The translations under genes and the position numbers were made by a program. Under the pieces are notes generated by a model. That model saw only the letters and a list, made by a program, of their open reading frames with translations. It was not told the origin of the DNA and did not search any database. From Tubulanus polymorphus (Eukaryota > Animalia > Nemertea), in the NCBI RefSeq assembly GCF_964204645.1, contig NC_134032.1:4798175-4862174 (forward strand): 64,000 bases of DNA. Direction: 5' to 3'. Of the stretch, positions 37,681 to 51,305 are shown piece after piece. How positions within the stretch are numbered: position 1 is the stretch's first letter; each line of letters opens with the position of its first letter.

Positions 37681-40600
37681 GCCTACCATGTCTATGTACT
37701 ACAAACACAACTTTTTCCCTCTCGACGGCCCTACAGTGTTGTTACTATAACTGGTGCAATTATAACATGGATAGGATTTGGTCAGGACTAGCCTAAAGTC
37801 TAATTCAGTCTATGTACTAATTCACTCGATAGGCCTATTTTTAAAACAATACAGTGAAATATTCACACGCAGAAAGGTTAATTGATTTGAGCCATGTGAT
37901 TAAATTTGGCCAGGCCTTCTCTGACCTGCTGACATTAATAGTCAAACCAAAACGTTCATGTGGTCACGGCTTGTTTACCAGAAATCATTGTAGGCCTGTA
38001 CAATTTGCTGTTCGTAGGTTTGGTATACCGATTTCTCCATTCTTGACTGATAAGTGTACAGTATAGCGTACGCATTATACAATTGTTCCAATGGGAATAG
38101 GGCCTATTGATTGGGCTTATTATTTCCTGCTTTAGAATACTGAAATAAGCCCAACGTTCATTCAAATATCCAACATCGGTGAAAGTTTGATTACTGTATA
38201 CATGTACTGTAGGTTTTCATGTTGTATGAATATTTTGCAGTTCAAATGGGTATGATGCTGATTCGAATGTCAAACGCATGAAGTTAGATGGTCAAGGACA
38301 GTCAACACCAATATATCTCTCATCGCTCGATGTTGCACCATAGAAGATCTGATTCTTTCGACTCAAGGAAAGTTATTCAACACGATCGACATAACACTGG
38401 AATAGGTTTGCAGTAACTAACGGTTCATTTCATTTAGTCATATGTACATTTTAGCCAATTTGGATTTGATTGTAATTGAAACTCTGGAACTGTTAACAAA
38501 AGACAAGTTGAAAAAAAAAGTTATGCTTGATTCTCATGTTCAAATTTAATTCAAATTCAAATTTATTTTATTACATTATATTTACAAAGCATATCATTGG
38601 TTCATACAGTAATAATAATTAGGACAGAACAAATATTATTACAGAATTTCCAAAAAGGCAATGAATTTCTATAACTAAATGAACATTATTTTTCTAATAA
38701 CTCAGATCAAGAGTGACTCTCCCGTTTATTAGGAAACACACGCAACTAGTGGAATAGGTTTGATTTACACACATGTTGCAGGTTCCAATTGTTTATCACT
38801 ATAGAATTTGTAATTCATAAAAGCCAAAATCAACATCAGCCGGAAACCCAGACTAGATCAATTCATAATTTATTGATTGAATCTACACTACAATATATGT
38901 ATTTATTCAATTATTTCAATAAAAACATTAACTTCTTTAATCTATTCTAAATCATAATACGTTCTTATCTGTAAATTCACTCAATCTATCGACTCATCAG
39001 GTGCTTCAAATGAGTTCTTAATAGGACAGATCCATTTTTAAGCATGGTGATAATACAGTATCATGATGTTTGAATGCCAAAATATATGCCTGGTCAAATG
39101 AATTAATATTTGTTGATTGTACGTCCGCGTATGTTCGGTTTCAAAGCTGAATCATATTTGACGTTTACACAGTGGTAGCATAATAGGTTCGAATCTGTCA
39201 ATGCATTTTATTCTATGTATCGATATTTCAATTTAATATAATTCCCATCTTTCTGAATGGTTTTTCAGAAAACTCGTGATCGCTGCTTAGCAGCTATATT
39301 TATGTTTTATAATTCATATTTAATTGAGGCCATGGCTCGAAGGGTTATAAATAGGTTATGTAATTGTGATTTTCCTCACTGTTTCCTAAGCTTAATATTA
39401 AGTTGTATTAATATTGAGTTGTTTCCCACATTTTGTAACGGTGTGATACACGCACATAATTAACATACAAGTCCCCGTTTGTACATCTCAATGAAACCCG
39501 TTTCGTGGATGAATTACTTTTGATACGATCATCCAGGAAGAAAGCGACTAAATATTTGGATGGATATATGAAAGCTGGGGGTACTGGAGTGTGTAATGGG
39601 TAGTGTAGTGTGATCTGTGTGCATTTTGGTGGCCAGCACACAGATCACATTGTTCATTGGGGTTTAGTCCAGGACTCGCGAGATTTTCAACAACACGGAA
39701 GTAACGTGTAATAAATGATGACTTGAATTGCACGACTACCTACCATCTCTCATTATTGTTGGAAAACTAAACATTCCGCACTGACTAAAAATTAGTAATA
39801 ATAATCAATAACATTTTAGAAATGGCCAGAATTCTGACTTAGGTTCTATCTCATTTTTATTTTACAATTGCGATTGGTATAATTTTTTTTTAAACGGCCG
39901 TTAAGGCGTCATGTTTCGTCTGCAATTCACTGCAAATAGTTACGCAACTACGCACATTTCAGTGTTTTGGCAGCTGTACACTCAATCGGCACCGTTCGTG
40001 ACTAGATTCACTGCGGAATTATCATTAATTAACATCGCCATATCACATCATCAACTTATATTGTGCCTTAAAACCCTAACAGCCGAAATAATTGAAATAC
40101 ACACACGATTTCTATCATTGAAAATTGAGAGAATGGCCGTGTTTGTGTTCTGCTGCTTCGCGTAAATCCCGTGGGGTGGCGCCACCGCGCGGAGTGGGGC
40201 CGATACGTCCAGTGTCCTATTCACTTGAAAATTTAAACACCGAACAACATCACCGTTGCGAGAGAAGACCAAGTATTCATCTAGGTAATGCAACATCCCA
40301 CTTTTCCACGGACTGAATACGGTATCGAGTAGTTTTTTATTATACCAATTTCATTCTTTTTTTTACGAAGTTCGAATACAGAGATTTAGTTGGCTCTGTT
40401 ACAGTTTGACTGCCATCGATAACTTAAAGCTTCAACTTTTTTCCAGATAAACCACGCGCTGTCATATTGGCTCCCTTCCCGAACACGATTACACGTTCAG
40501 TATCAACCTTTTCAAAATCGAAGAAATAACGAAGTTTGTGCATTGGTGGGGGGTTCGAGACTGCAACAGCTGAAAAAAACCAATGTCGTTTTGAGGAAGT

Positions 40601-41599
40601 GTAATCCATGTGGCCAAAGGCCGGGGGGGATCGATGCATTCTCTTCCTAGGTTTGCAGGTACTGATAGAAAACTAACTAAAAAGGATTTTGGCAAATAGT
40701 AATTTGTCATTGGAGTCAAATTAATCTTATTCGATAGTCTATTTGCTATGGAACTGAAGGAACAAAGGTGGGCAAATAATTGATTGTATACAAAAACCCA
40801 TTCGGCACTTTCGGCTACACAAGATTCGTATTTAACGTACAACTGTAAGGGTAATCTCGATTGACTGTTGTTTTCCTTGCATGAACTGCAAAATACTTGG
40901 ATGCATAATAGGTAGATCAACCGGACAAACGTACACATCAAAATGTCGCACAGAGAGCAATGCTGGCGTTGGTGTCACCAGTGAGGCTCTTTTTGTTTGT
41001 TTACGTCGTTCGGACCTTGAGGTGTTTAACCCTCTTGGATTGTCCATTTAACCTCACGATGGGACGGCCTTTCAAGTGTTGCCCGCAAAATGTAAGCAGT
41101 CAGCAGGACTCGAACCCACTTGTCAGACAACACTGATAGTGGATGCAACATAACAGCATCACGCCTTCAATTCCAAAAAAACAGAGGCGGGAAATAACCA
41201 TCGCGATATTGCAATTTACGACAGACAACGTGGAAATTTAATCATTGTTGTGGTGTTCAACGCGTGGATAAGATAAGAGTTATTTTTCACGGCGCGCATT
41301 ATATAGCGAATCTCTATGCCGCGTGCGTTATGGACTGCTTCCGCCTCGTGAGTGCGCAGGAGTTATCATGAAATGGTTTTAACTTTAGTAAAGGCGTTCC
41401 CGCGCGACGGGCTTCAGTCGGGAGTAGGCCTGCCGCACCACTGCTCTGGAAATACGTATTCTGACGCTGAGAATTAATCCCATGGCTACTGATAGTTTAA
41501 ATTACAGTGATATTCAAAAAATGATATTTATAAATCGGAGGTACATAATTGTATGTTTTTTTATTCAGAAGAGGCCTTTCCCCATTCTTCACTGCCAAT

Positions 41600-42289
41600 G
41601 TCAATGCGGACATATCACTTCGCGATTGATTAACCCTCTCATCCACCAGATAACTAACGAGAAAATGCAATAGAATAACTTTTTGGGCCATTAAATCACA
41701 AAGGTGAGGCAAAAAAGCTCATCCAGAGTTTAGGTTATAGTGCAAAGAATTACGCTCAAGCTCTGCAAGTACACACAATAATTGTGTAACTTCGGGGTTG
41801 CAGGTTCGCTCAGGGGACTCTGTTGCTTTGGTAGATTGTTTATGTATCTGTCACGAATTGTATCACTACCCTTAGTCAGCTTAATTACTGTTATAAATTA
41901 AGGAGTAGTGATCTGTTGGAGAAAGAATCACGCAGAGTTCCAACTGAAAAGTGGGCAAAATGGAATTATTTTGTACGAAATGTATCCAGAATGCATGAAG
42001 CTACGTTGTGATCTTCAGCGATTTCTTAAAGATTGTGTTGATTCTGAGTTTGGGCCATACGCTATTCCGTATAAATCTAGATCTCATACTGTAGATACAT
42101 TTCCAGGTAGAGCCAACTCTGTAAAACACACTACTATGATATTGTCAGGCAAAATCGTTTATGCTATAACTGTTTATAATATATCTATAATATGTTTATC
42201 TATAATCCCAGTCATGTCGTTGCTAAATGTCCATCTGCTATCGTTTGTAAGATAAGAGGCTGCGGTAGAAGACATCACACTAGTTTGTA
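41600..42289 (+). pseudogene. Decayed BEL/Pao gag, left part of the element interrupted by the Polinton
   Basis: KGEAKKLIQSLGYSAKNYAQAL, RLCYNC and HVVAKC...CKIRGCGRRHHTSL, reading in frame into 62957 onward once the Polinton is removed. Confidence 0.7.
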
Positions 42290-42382
42290 AGTAATTGGAA
42301 AAGTAGGCTTTCATACCAGAGGACGAGAGGACGAGACACCACTCATCACCACAAGTAATTTTTTTTCCTAATAAATGGGAGA
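42290..42382 (+). repeat. Polinton left TIR
   Basis: Reverse complement of 62865-62956 with 2 substitutions and 1 indel. Confidence 0.95.
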
Positions 42383-42701
42383 TAGAAAAGCATTCTTAGC
42401 TACAATAAATAACAGAATTAAACCAGCAAAAAAACAATTTGAAATAAAAAAGTTAGTTGATGTTACAAAAGAAATTGAACATAAAATATTGAAATTAGAA
42501 AAGATAAAAACTAAATATGGAGAGAAAGTATCAGCGAATTTAAGCTACTGTAATGTTAGTACATCGCGAGAATTTAAAGTGTTTTTACCTGATCAATGGG
42601 TTTCATTGAGTACAGAGGAATTAAAAGATTTAGAAGGATTTAAAATAATCTATCATGGGAAAAATGAAGACGGTCATCATGATTTAGAAATTGTTGATTA
42701 A
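42375..42701 (+). CDS. Polinton hypothetical protein, 108 aa
   Basis: Intact ORF whose ATG lies in the TAAATG motif at the inner edge of the TIR. Confidence 0.7.
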   Translation: MGDRKAFLATINNRIKPAKKQFEIKKLVDVTKEIEHKILKLEKIKTKYGEKVSANLSYCNVSTSREFKVFLPDQWVSLSTEELKDLEGFKIIYHGKNEDGHHDLEIVD

Positions 42702-43893
42702 ATAAGAAATAAAAATAATGAATATCTAGAATCCAAAATGACCTTAGTCGTTTTATAAACAACTACAATCATACAGTCAAACATCTGTTACATGTTATTA
42801 TAAGAGAGTGCTTCATTTGAATATTGATCAATCAAACAGGTGTTGCACAACGTTGTTGTTATATTGGATAGCTAGCAGCTATATAATAAGCACGCAGTAC
42901 ATACAACACACACCAGTACATACAACACACACAGGACAGGACAGGAGGATAGTCATTCTCTCTCGTGATTAAAAGGAATATTTCAATATTTTTACGGTAA
43001 GTTTTAGCAAAACCACCCGACTTGACTCGCAGAGTTTTTAGGGGATAAGCATCCCGTTATTGAGAGGCGCCACGAGATACCTATCCCCAAGCATTTCTAC
43101 TTACACCCCTGTGACCCACACCACGCCAATTCTCCTTCAATATTTGACAGGGAACACATTATATTAAAGGCGCTTTATGCATTTCCTATCAACCCCTTAC
43201 CCCCGAAAGGAGGATCGAAAGTCGAAACTGAAGGAGAACCACGGAGGGTGGACAAAGGTGCATTTTCGAAATGCCCCTGCAAGCCAAGCCCGGCGGCACT
43301 CCAGTGGTTGAATGAATTGCCTGATATACTTAGCTAAAACACCTGAGTAAATGTTGTTGGTGCTTAAAAAATATATGAAATTTGAAATTATGAATTATTC
43401 CGAATGAAAAGAATATGAGAATGAAAACTGATAAATGAATTATGGATTTTTAACTTAATTATGATATAATTTTTAATCAAATTAGTAATCGATTACCATG
43501 TTAATTGATTAACAAATTCAAATTCAAATATTCATTTTAGCATCACACCCCAACCAGTGCTGCCATCTTTCAATTTAAGATACAACTAATAATAAGAAAC
43601 GACTGTAATACAATATTCAAGTAAAAACAAAATAAATTAATAAAAATAATGAATATCTAGAATCCGAAATGACTTATCTGGACAATTTAATTGCTCCGCA
43701 TAGATAGACAAAAGTAGTGAGATGGTGCCGTACGGAACCCACATGGCGATATTCAATTATTTTTTTTGCTTTTTTTCTAAAATATTAATCCATTTTTTTT
43801 CATTGTCAGTTTTGGAATTTCAGAAGTATTTTCATTTTTGATAGCAGTTGTTTCAGAATTATGAATATCATGAATTTTATCTGATTTCTTATA

Positions 43894-44139
43894 CTAATTA
43901 CACCCAATCAAAATGAATACAATTACAAATCCAACTGTAAAATATAAATGATTATCAAATATTCTATTATCAGCAGGAGTAGAAATAACAATATTTTCAC
44001 CATTTTTATTAACATTTTTACTACTTATTTTTTCTTTTACAGCTTTTTTATATTCTTGTGATTCAATTCCTAATTGCCGAGACCATTCAATTTGTTTCTG
44101 TGATCTCGGTTTTTTCTTCACTTCTTCCACCTTGTTCAT
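43894..44139 (-). CDS. Polinton small protein with a transmembrane segment
   Basis: TAAATG start; hydrophobic C-terminus; may be truncated. Confidence 0.55.
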   Translation of the reverse strand: MNKVEEVKKKPRSQKQIEWSRQLGIESQEYKKAVKEKISSKNVNKNGENIVISTPADNRIFDNHLYFTVGFVIVFILIGCN

Positions 44140-44677
44140 TTATTATAGAAATATTTTTACCTGCAATATTTGAAAATGTTATAACCCCAGTTGATAATAA
44201 TGTCATAAATCCACCTAATTGAAATGATAAATATCCAATCCATTTATTTAATTCAGTCATAACTAAATAATCATTTTTTAAATCGGAATATAATCTATTT
44301 TCATCTTCAATTGGTAGTATATAATTACATAATTTACTATAACCTTTTACTACGTTTTCTGATATCGCGTCATCAATTCTAGCTGTTCTCGCGGCTTCAT
44401 AAATCTTAAATAATCTAATAATTTCATCTGATTTCATTGTATCTAATTCATTATATGTTAAATTTTTACCGACAAAATTTTTACATTTTCCAGATGCTAT
44501 TAATATTTCTAATTGATGTTTACAATAAAGATAATATTCATAATTATTATTTGTTGTAACATTATTTAAAGCACCATCATCTGGAATTAATTTGTTTTCT
44601 GTTATTCCTAAATCATCTAAAGTTTTTTCAATTGGAACATCACCATTTTTAGATTTTATTTTCTTTTCACCTACCAT
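44087..44677 (-). CDS. Polinton hypothetical protein, 196 aa
   Basis: Intact ORF, TAAATG start, hydrophobic stretch near the C-terminus. Confidence 0.7.
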   Translation of the reverse strand: MVGEKKIKSKNGDVPIEKTLDDLGITENKLIPDDGALNNVTTNNNYEYYLYCKHQLEILIASGKCKNFVGKNLTYNELDTMKSDEIIRLFKIYEAARTARIDDAISENVVKGYSKLCNYILPIEDENRLYSDLKNDYLVMTELNKWIGYLSFQLGGFMTLLSTGVITFSNIAGKNISIINEQGGRSEEKTEITETN

Positions 44678-44699
44678 TTATATAACAAAAAAATTAGTT

Positions 44700-44970
44700 G
44701 TGATGTTGCAACTAGAATTTAAATAGAATGTAACTAGAATTCAACTAGATTAACAAGCTAGTTGAAATATTGTTGTTTTTGTTTATTTCTTGTTAAATCT
44801 AGTTGATTTTTGTTCCAACTACCAATAACTAGAATTCAACTAGAATGTAACTAGAATTAAACTAGATTAACAAGCTAGTTAAAATATTGTTAAATCTAGT
44901 TGATTTTTGTTACAACTACCAATAACTAGAATTCAACTAGAATTCAATTAGATTAACAAGCTAGTTGAAT
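44700..44970. repeat. Internal tandem/inverted repeat array (CAACTAGAAT / CTAGTTG)
   Basis: 11-bp units in direct and inverted orientation within a higher-order ~100-bp duplication. Confidence 0.85.
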
Positions 44971-45582
44971 TTAAATAAATTCATATTTAAATGGGTGTTG
45001 TAATCTAAATAGTAATTTTGATCTTTTAATATTTTTCAACTTATCCATATATTCATTACGTAAATCATGTGGAATAATATCATTTTCCTCAAGTGCATTT
45101 TTCATCGATTTTTCTATCTTTATTGAAGAATAAAACTAGAAATCTTATATTCTCCCTAAAGTCTTTAACAATTGAATTATATTTTTGATTTAAAACCCAA
45201 GTTGTTATCCCAAAATGTCTCCCAGAGAAAGCTAAATAACATAACTCACTTTCTCTAACTTTTGAATCATGTAAATTTGCGCAATCATCTATGATAAATA
45301 ATGTATTTGATCCTTTATAAATATCAATTGCTATTTTTATACAATTATCTAAATTTTCTTTTACTGTTTTAAGATCTAATATAATAAATTTATTATTTCT
45401 AGTAATATTTCTATCATAAGTTTGATTAAATTCATATGTTGGACAAAATAATACTATATTATCAAAATAGTTTTTTTATAAACAGTTTCTAATAAATTTA
45501 ATATAAAATAAGTTTTTCCACAATTTGTTACACCAGAAATTAACATATTATGAGGCTCAAATATGAATAATTCCTTATTCAT
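44971..45582 (-). pseudogene. A32/FtsK-like DNA packaging ATPase (frameshifted; not in the ORF track)
   Basis: Manual translation: Walker A ISGVTNCGKT, Walker B LFIIDD, SGRH motif, WVLNQ. Confidence 0.85.
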
Positions 45583-48500
45583 TTATATATTTTTAATTTT
45601 ACTTGATAATATCCATTCATTGAATTTATCTGGCCATCCAACCCATTTTACTAAAGAATATTTTTTTCTTTTAATAGTTTTTGTTTTTAATACTTTTTCA
45701 ATTTTAAATTCTTGTTCTAGATTTTCAGTAGTTAAACTCAATTCTTCTTCATAAAAATACCCATCAACTTCTTCACCATCTAAATCTTCTAATTTATAGA
45801 CATATGGTTTTGTTGTTATTACCTTTTTTATTTTATATATTTTATATATTATTTATATTTTAAAATTTCGATCGTATCCTTTATCGAATATCTTTTTATA
45901 CTTAGATATTCTAACATTTTGGCCAACTTTAAATTTAGGGTCACCAAAATCATCTACAAGAAATGCACCATAAAAATTATTCCAAACAATTTCAGCATTT
46001 TCAGGTTTTCTAGCATCAATAGGTTTCATTCCAATAGAAGAATGATAAGAATTATTATATCCTTCTATCAATTTTGGTAAAACATCAATCCATTTCAAAG
46101 TATTATTTGCTGTAAAATATTTCCACATTATTTGTTCTTAATGTTCTATTAAATCTTTCAACAACTGCCGCTTTTTTATCCGATTTTGTTGAAAAATATT
46201 TAATATTATGATTATCTAAGAGTTCATGAACAAGTGAATTATCAAACTCTTTTCCATCATCAAATTGTATTTTTTCTGGTTTTAGTTTATCATCCGAAAG
46301 AAATTTTTTTAAAACATTTGATGTTTGTACAGCATTTTTTCTATAAAGTGGGAAACTCCATACATAACGACTAAAAATATCAATTATATTCAATAACCAC
46401 CAATAATCATCATTATCTTTCTTAACATTTTTCATATCAATTAAATCTCCTTGCCACTGTTGATCTACATAACTTACCATAGTTCACGAAGGTACAGAGC
46501 CGCAACTTTCAGCGACTTTGACACCAAACACGTGAACTATCTAGGTGCGCGAATGTTGTTATGACGTCATAATACTCTAAATAAAAAACACCGCGCGGTC
46601 TCGCGATACGCGCGTGGAAGGATCTAAAATCTATTCTGCGATGTATTTTAAATAATATTTATAAAAGAATCCATTTAAAGACTATAATTAACATATAAAA
46701 CATAAAATTAATTGAAAGCAACATCGCTGGAAGATTAGTTTTAAAAATTTGATGTCAATCATCAATTACCGCTAGTCAAAATGGCGCCCGTCATGATAAA
46801 CAAGACGGAGAATTTTCTTTAACTGACTGGATCTGGTATAAAATGTAGTATTTCACATCACAAATGGCCCAAGTCCGTTTAAAAGAATAACTGTACCGCA
46901 CTCAAGGCACCAAGGTTGGAATATGGCTATGGATCATGACAAAATAGTGCGCTACGACCGATAAAATATCAGCTGTCGGTACTCGGTCATGCCATGTGGT
47001 ACAGGCCTACTACTACTCTTCTGTCGCATGGAATCGGAACCTGATTCCCGAAGCAGCCAAGGTCCTAACGAGAAGAATAAACGAAACAAATGTAAGTATC
47101 CTGCACTCAATTCTACGGTGTCTAATTATCTTCAAGTGTCTACTCCATCCACACTTTAATGTAGTCTACAAAAACATGGACAAGCAATACTTTAGTAGAT
47201 TAGGTTCTCATCAAACAATCTACTGGGGGTTGAGTGTACGTGTAGGTAGTGTACTCACTGCTACTTATCTTATTTTTAGGAAACATTTTTGACAGACCAC
47301 CTATCTACTAGTGAATGATTTTTCGAGGACCCGAAAAGTAGGCCTAGGCCTCTTAGAGTCGTAAGACGGTAGGCTATTCATGTCATTTATTTACATAACT
47401 ATGAAGTCTTGAAATAAATTTCCACATGCAATTTTTTTATTTCAAAGGCAATGTTTTTTTTTTTCAGAGAGTTCAACCGGTTACAGGAACCCGAACAATG
47501 CTAATTTAGAGGTCAACTTGTGACTAGATAAGCCAGGTTTACAGGATTGGAGATGATAAAGAGTGAGTAGGCCTCACTGACTGAATGGTAAATACATCAT
47601 CTGTAGTCATCGCTGCTGTATTGAATCATTTAACTTTCAGCAATCAATTGATTTTTTTGTTTGCTTTTATTCATCTTTAGTTGATGCAGATATCAAGTAC
47701 AAGGGCATGAAGTTGAATCTTTAAACTGGGGATTGTCAAGATTTTACTTGTTTCCATCTTTTCACTTTGATGTTTGAATAAATCTAAACATATAAAAGAG
47801 CTTTTTCTTATGCGTATTCTTGAAGTCGTGAATTCCTATTCATTCCTACTAACAGAAGAAAATAAGAGAAGCTTCGTCTACACTTGCATCTTATACCGAG
47901 GTTATGCGTCTACACTAAGCTCGAAACACGGGTTGAATGCAAAAAGCCAGGTTTTTGAAAAAGGAGTTATATAACCTATTGAGAATTGAACCTATGTTCA
48001 CGAAAAACTCTACAGATGTGGATTCAGTTACTGGAGCTAAATTAAGTGTAGATGCAGCCCTGCAAACGCTGGTTTTTTTATGAACCCGCATACTTTGAAA
48101 CCCGGGTTCAACGAGCTGTGGACGTGGTAATATATATCGCAGTCAGAAAAAGAAGCAAATTGAAAGTACATCAATCTTTTATTTCCAACCTAAAACAATG
48201 AGACAGAAGGTTTGAATGCAACAAGCCATTTGAGCAATTGCGGTTACTAATTTGTAAAATGTATTGATATGATATGGAAGGCCAACTGCTGAATTCCATG
48301 GGTACCATCAGAACCAAATGCACGCTACTTGCCATCTACCTGAAATAAACAATTGTCAATATTATGTTATAAACAAATAAATATGAAAAAAATGCAAATT
48401 TCTGCTTGATACAACTTACATTTGAATGGGAAAAATCGGTTATAAAATATCTGCTATGTCTGACAAATAACTGACGAATCCTATAAAACAAAAAATATAT

Positions 48501-50006
48501 TATCTTTAAAATAAAATTAACAATTCAATGATTTTTGGCAATCTTCCAATACAATATACATAGGTCCCTAGTAGGCCTACGCTAACACTAACTGAGCCAG
48601 ACAACCTGATATCCATTCAAACAAAACTGAATTCGACATTAGATGTGAGATGCGTGAAAATGAGCCATAGGCTGGTTTTCCACGAGAAACAGATCAATCA
48701 AATTTATTTCCCTTTAGCCGTTTCCACAACAAGGGAGCGGCACTGTTGGACAGGACAGACACACATTTTCGAGTCTGTATTAATCAATTGTTTACTGTGA
48801 CTGCGCAGTAATTAGTCAGAATTTTCAGGGAAATCCCCTACAAAAATGGCCCCACCACCCGAAGACCTGCACACAAATTTCTGTGTCAGAGCCAAAATTG
48901 AGGTAACGCCTGCGCTTTTACGCCTTTCTTGTGGAAAATCCTAGTTTAGTCATATTACGCAACGAAATCAATATTTCCTTATGCCAAATGATTATTCTCA
49001 TAACAGTCTTTCATTTCAGGATTCAATAAGTCTCAGTATGTGGCACTAGTCCAATTACAATAATTTTCGAATTTGGTCCGCAGTTTACGATTAGGCCTAA
49101 CTTGATGACGCAAATTCTAAGTCAACTCGTAATAGGGAGTACACATTCTATATTTCAAAATTGACAGGAGAACAAGATCTAATTACGTATGTTTTCAGAT
49201 TTCGAAAGAACCCAATTATATTCCAGTAAAAGTCATCAAAATTAATAAGGTAAAAACGCTAGCTCATAAAATTAGTTTTGAAGTAGTACGAGAAACTGGG
49301 AATATCTCACTTATTTCCAATGCCATATAGACATATAAGGTATCATTCGATTCGTTTCTAGATGGGTTTTAATACTATTGGGTATTTGGATGACTGAACT
49401 GTCTATTCTACCTTAAATTCTTCCAAAACTTTGAGATTTCGCAGGCCCAAAACCGGCAAAATGACAAAATTACTTCCTGGTTTTTAGCGCCGCCCTGAGA
49501 AATTAATATGGCGAAAGTTGAGAAAACTGGAACATAGCTAAACGCTAAAACACGTATAATTTCGTTTTAGATATGTTTCGGTTCGAATCCCAAATACTTA
49601 ATACCTTAAAACGTGACATAAGTCCGGGTGCCGTTCCGTATTCATTCAACACGCGCGCTCAACCGCGAAGCTATTTTTAGCGCAACAATCAATTTAACCA
49701 ATAGAGACGCGCTACGTCATAACGTTCGACATGGTCGCATTTGCCTTTACTCGTACTGTCGTGAGTTTTACGAGTTTTATATTTTCTAACAATTTTTTTA
49801 TGTGTTGTATATGTTGGTTGTTCTAGCATAAATTCATTTATATCTTTATATTTAACTAAATTGTGTGGGATTATCTTATCTAATTTATCTTGTTTTACTT
49901 TACTCCATATATTTTTGGTAGAAGAATAAGCAACCGAACTCTCAGGGTTGTAATATAAATTTCTTAAATATTGTTCTTTAGTATTAGGAGTTTTTTTACC
50001 TCCCAT
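45583..50006 (-). pseudogene. Retroviral-like (rve) integrase with a C-terminal chromodomain, split by the 46485-49763 insertion
   Basis: LYYNP N-terminus (49764-50006) joins in frame as RKT|MVSYVDQQWQGDLIDM. Also IDIFSRY, QFDDGKEF, VVERFNRTL and chromo LVKWVGWPDKFNEW. Confidence 0.92.
46485..49763. mobile_element. Non-autonomous Chapaev-like DNA transposon
   Basis: CACGA...TCGTG termini with imperfect TIR, 4-bp TSD AGTT (46481-46484; 49764-49767); removal restores the integrase frame. Confidence 0.85.
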
Positions 50007-50036
50007 TTATATATCCTGAATTTTAACTTTATATTT

Positions 50037-51285
50037 CTAATATTGAATACTATCTAATTGTGAATTTACAATATTTAATTGCGCATCAGATATAATATAA
50101 ATATGCGTTTTGAAATTTAAGCTTCCTTCTTTCTTTTTCATTAATAATTGTATTCCATCTTTAGTGTTCTGTAGTTTTTTTTCCAGAACCATGTAATGAA
50201 TTATCCTCTGTTGTTCTAAAATCTAACCATAATGCGTATCTATTGCCGGTATAATAATCAATTTGATTAATATTACAATTTTCAAATGATTTTACTTTTT
50301 CATTCATAACATGTTTTCTAATTTCTGGCCACTGATCAATCATTCTCATTCCTTGACAAAATATTTTATTTGCTATTCCTTCGATAGTTATTTCTACTTT
50401 TGTTATTTCAGGATTATAATAATTATCTACCTTTATTGCGCCATTAGAATATGTTACAATGGTAAAAAATATTAATATGCCTTTAATAGATCTTCTTGGG
50501 AAGTTAATATTCTCATTAATTATTTCATCATTTGCATTAATAGTTACAGTTTTAAATTTATCAATATAATCATATAATAATGAAAATCCTTGATTGTATT
50601 GAGTTTGAATTGTGCTAGCAATATTTTCATTAGTTACTGTGTTATATTCTAAACATATATTCGATAATTTATAACCCATATCTTTAACAACGCTAGATGA
50701 TAAAATTTCATTTACAGGAGCAAATGTTATCTCAAATATAATATTTTCTTGAATTACATATTTATACGAAGGTGCATTATTATTTATCAATTCATAGTCT
50801 AATGGAATTTTATATTTGCTTCCATAAATCTTTTTAATCAAATTATCTGTGGCACGAGTTACTATTGTGTCATTAGCTCCCGATCTTAATTTATTATGGT
50901 TTTTCGATTGAATGCCCTGAAATATCATATTATTTCTATTTTCTTTAGTTAACCATACATCTTTATAATGCATAAATAAATTATAATCATCTAATGAGAA
51001 AACTGTTTCTGGACCAATCTTTATTGTTAACTTTTTAATCAAATATCTCCCAACATTATCGACAACATAATTATTATCATGACCTGTTACTTTTATATCG
51101 GCTGATAAATAAATACTATTTGGAACATAAAAAGTGTTTTGTGTTAATCTAGGAATTCAAACATATAAAGTTTCATCCGAATTAATATTTGAAGGATTAT
51201 GAGTAATTATATGATGTGATCTTTCTGCTTTAATAGCATTAGATATTCTAGAAATCTTAGAAGGACTTATGTAACTCCCACTCAT
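50037..51285 (-). pseudogene. Major capsid protein (double jelly-roll, putative)
   Basis: ~415 codons from the TAAATG start at 51285 with one stop and one frameshift; beta-rich pattern; size and position fit a Polinton MCP. Confidence 0.7.
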
Positions 51286-51305
51286 TTATTTAACAAAAAA
51301 ATTAA

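Noticed and set aside
34540-41500. Short ORFs of 60-150 aa on both strands
   Set aside because: No motifs or coherent exon chain; region looks like decayed repeats and intergenic DNA
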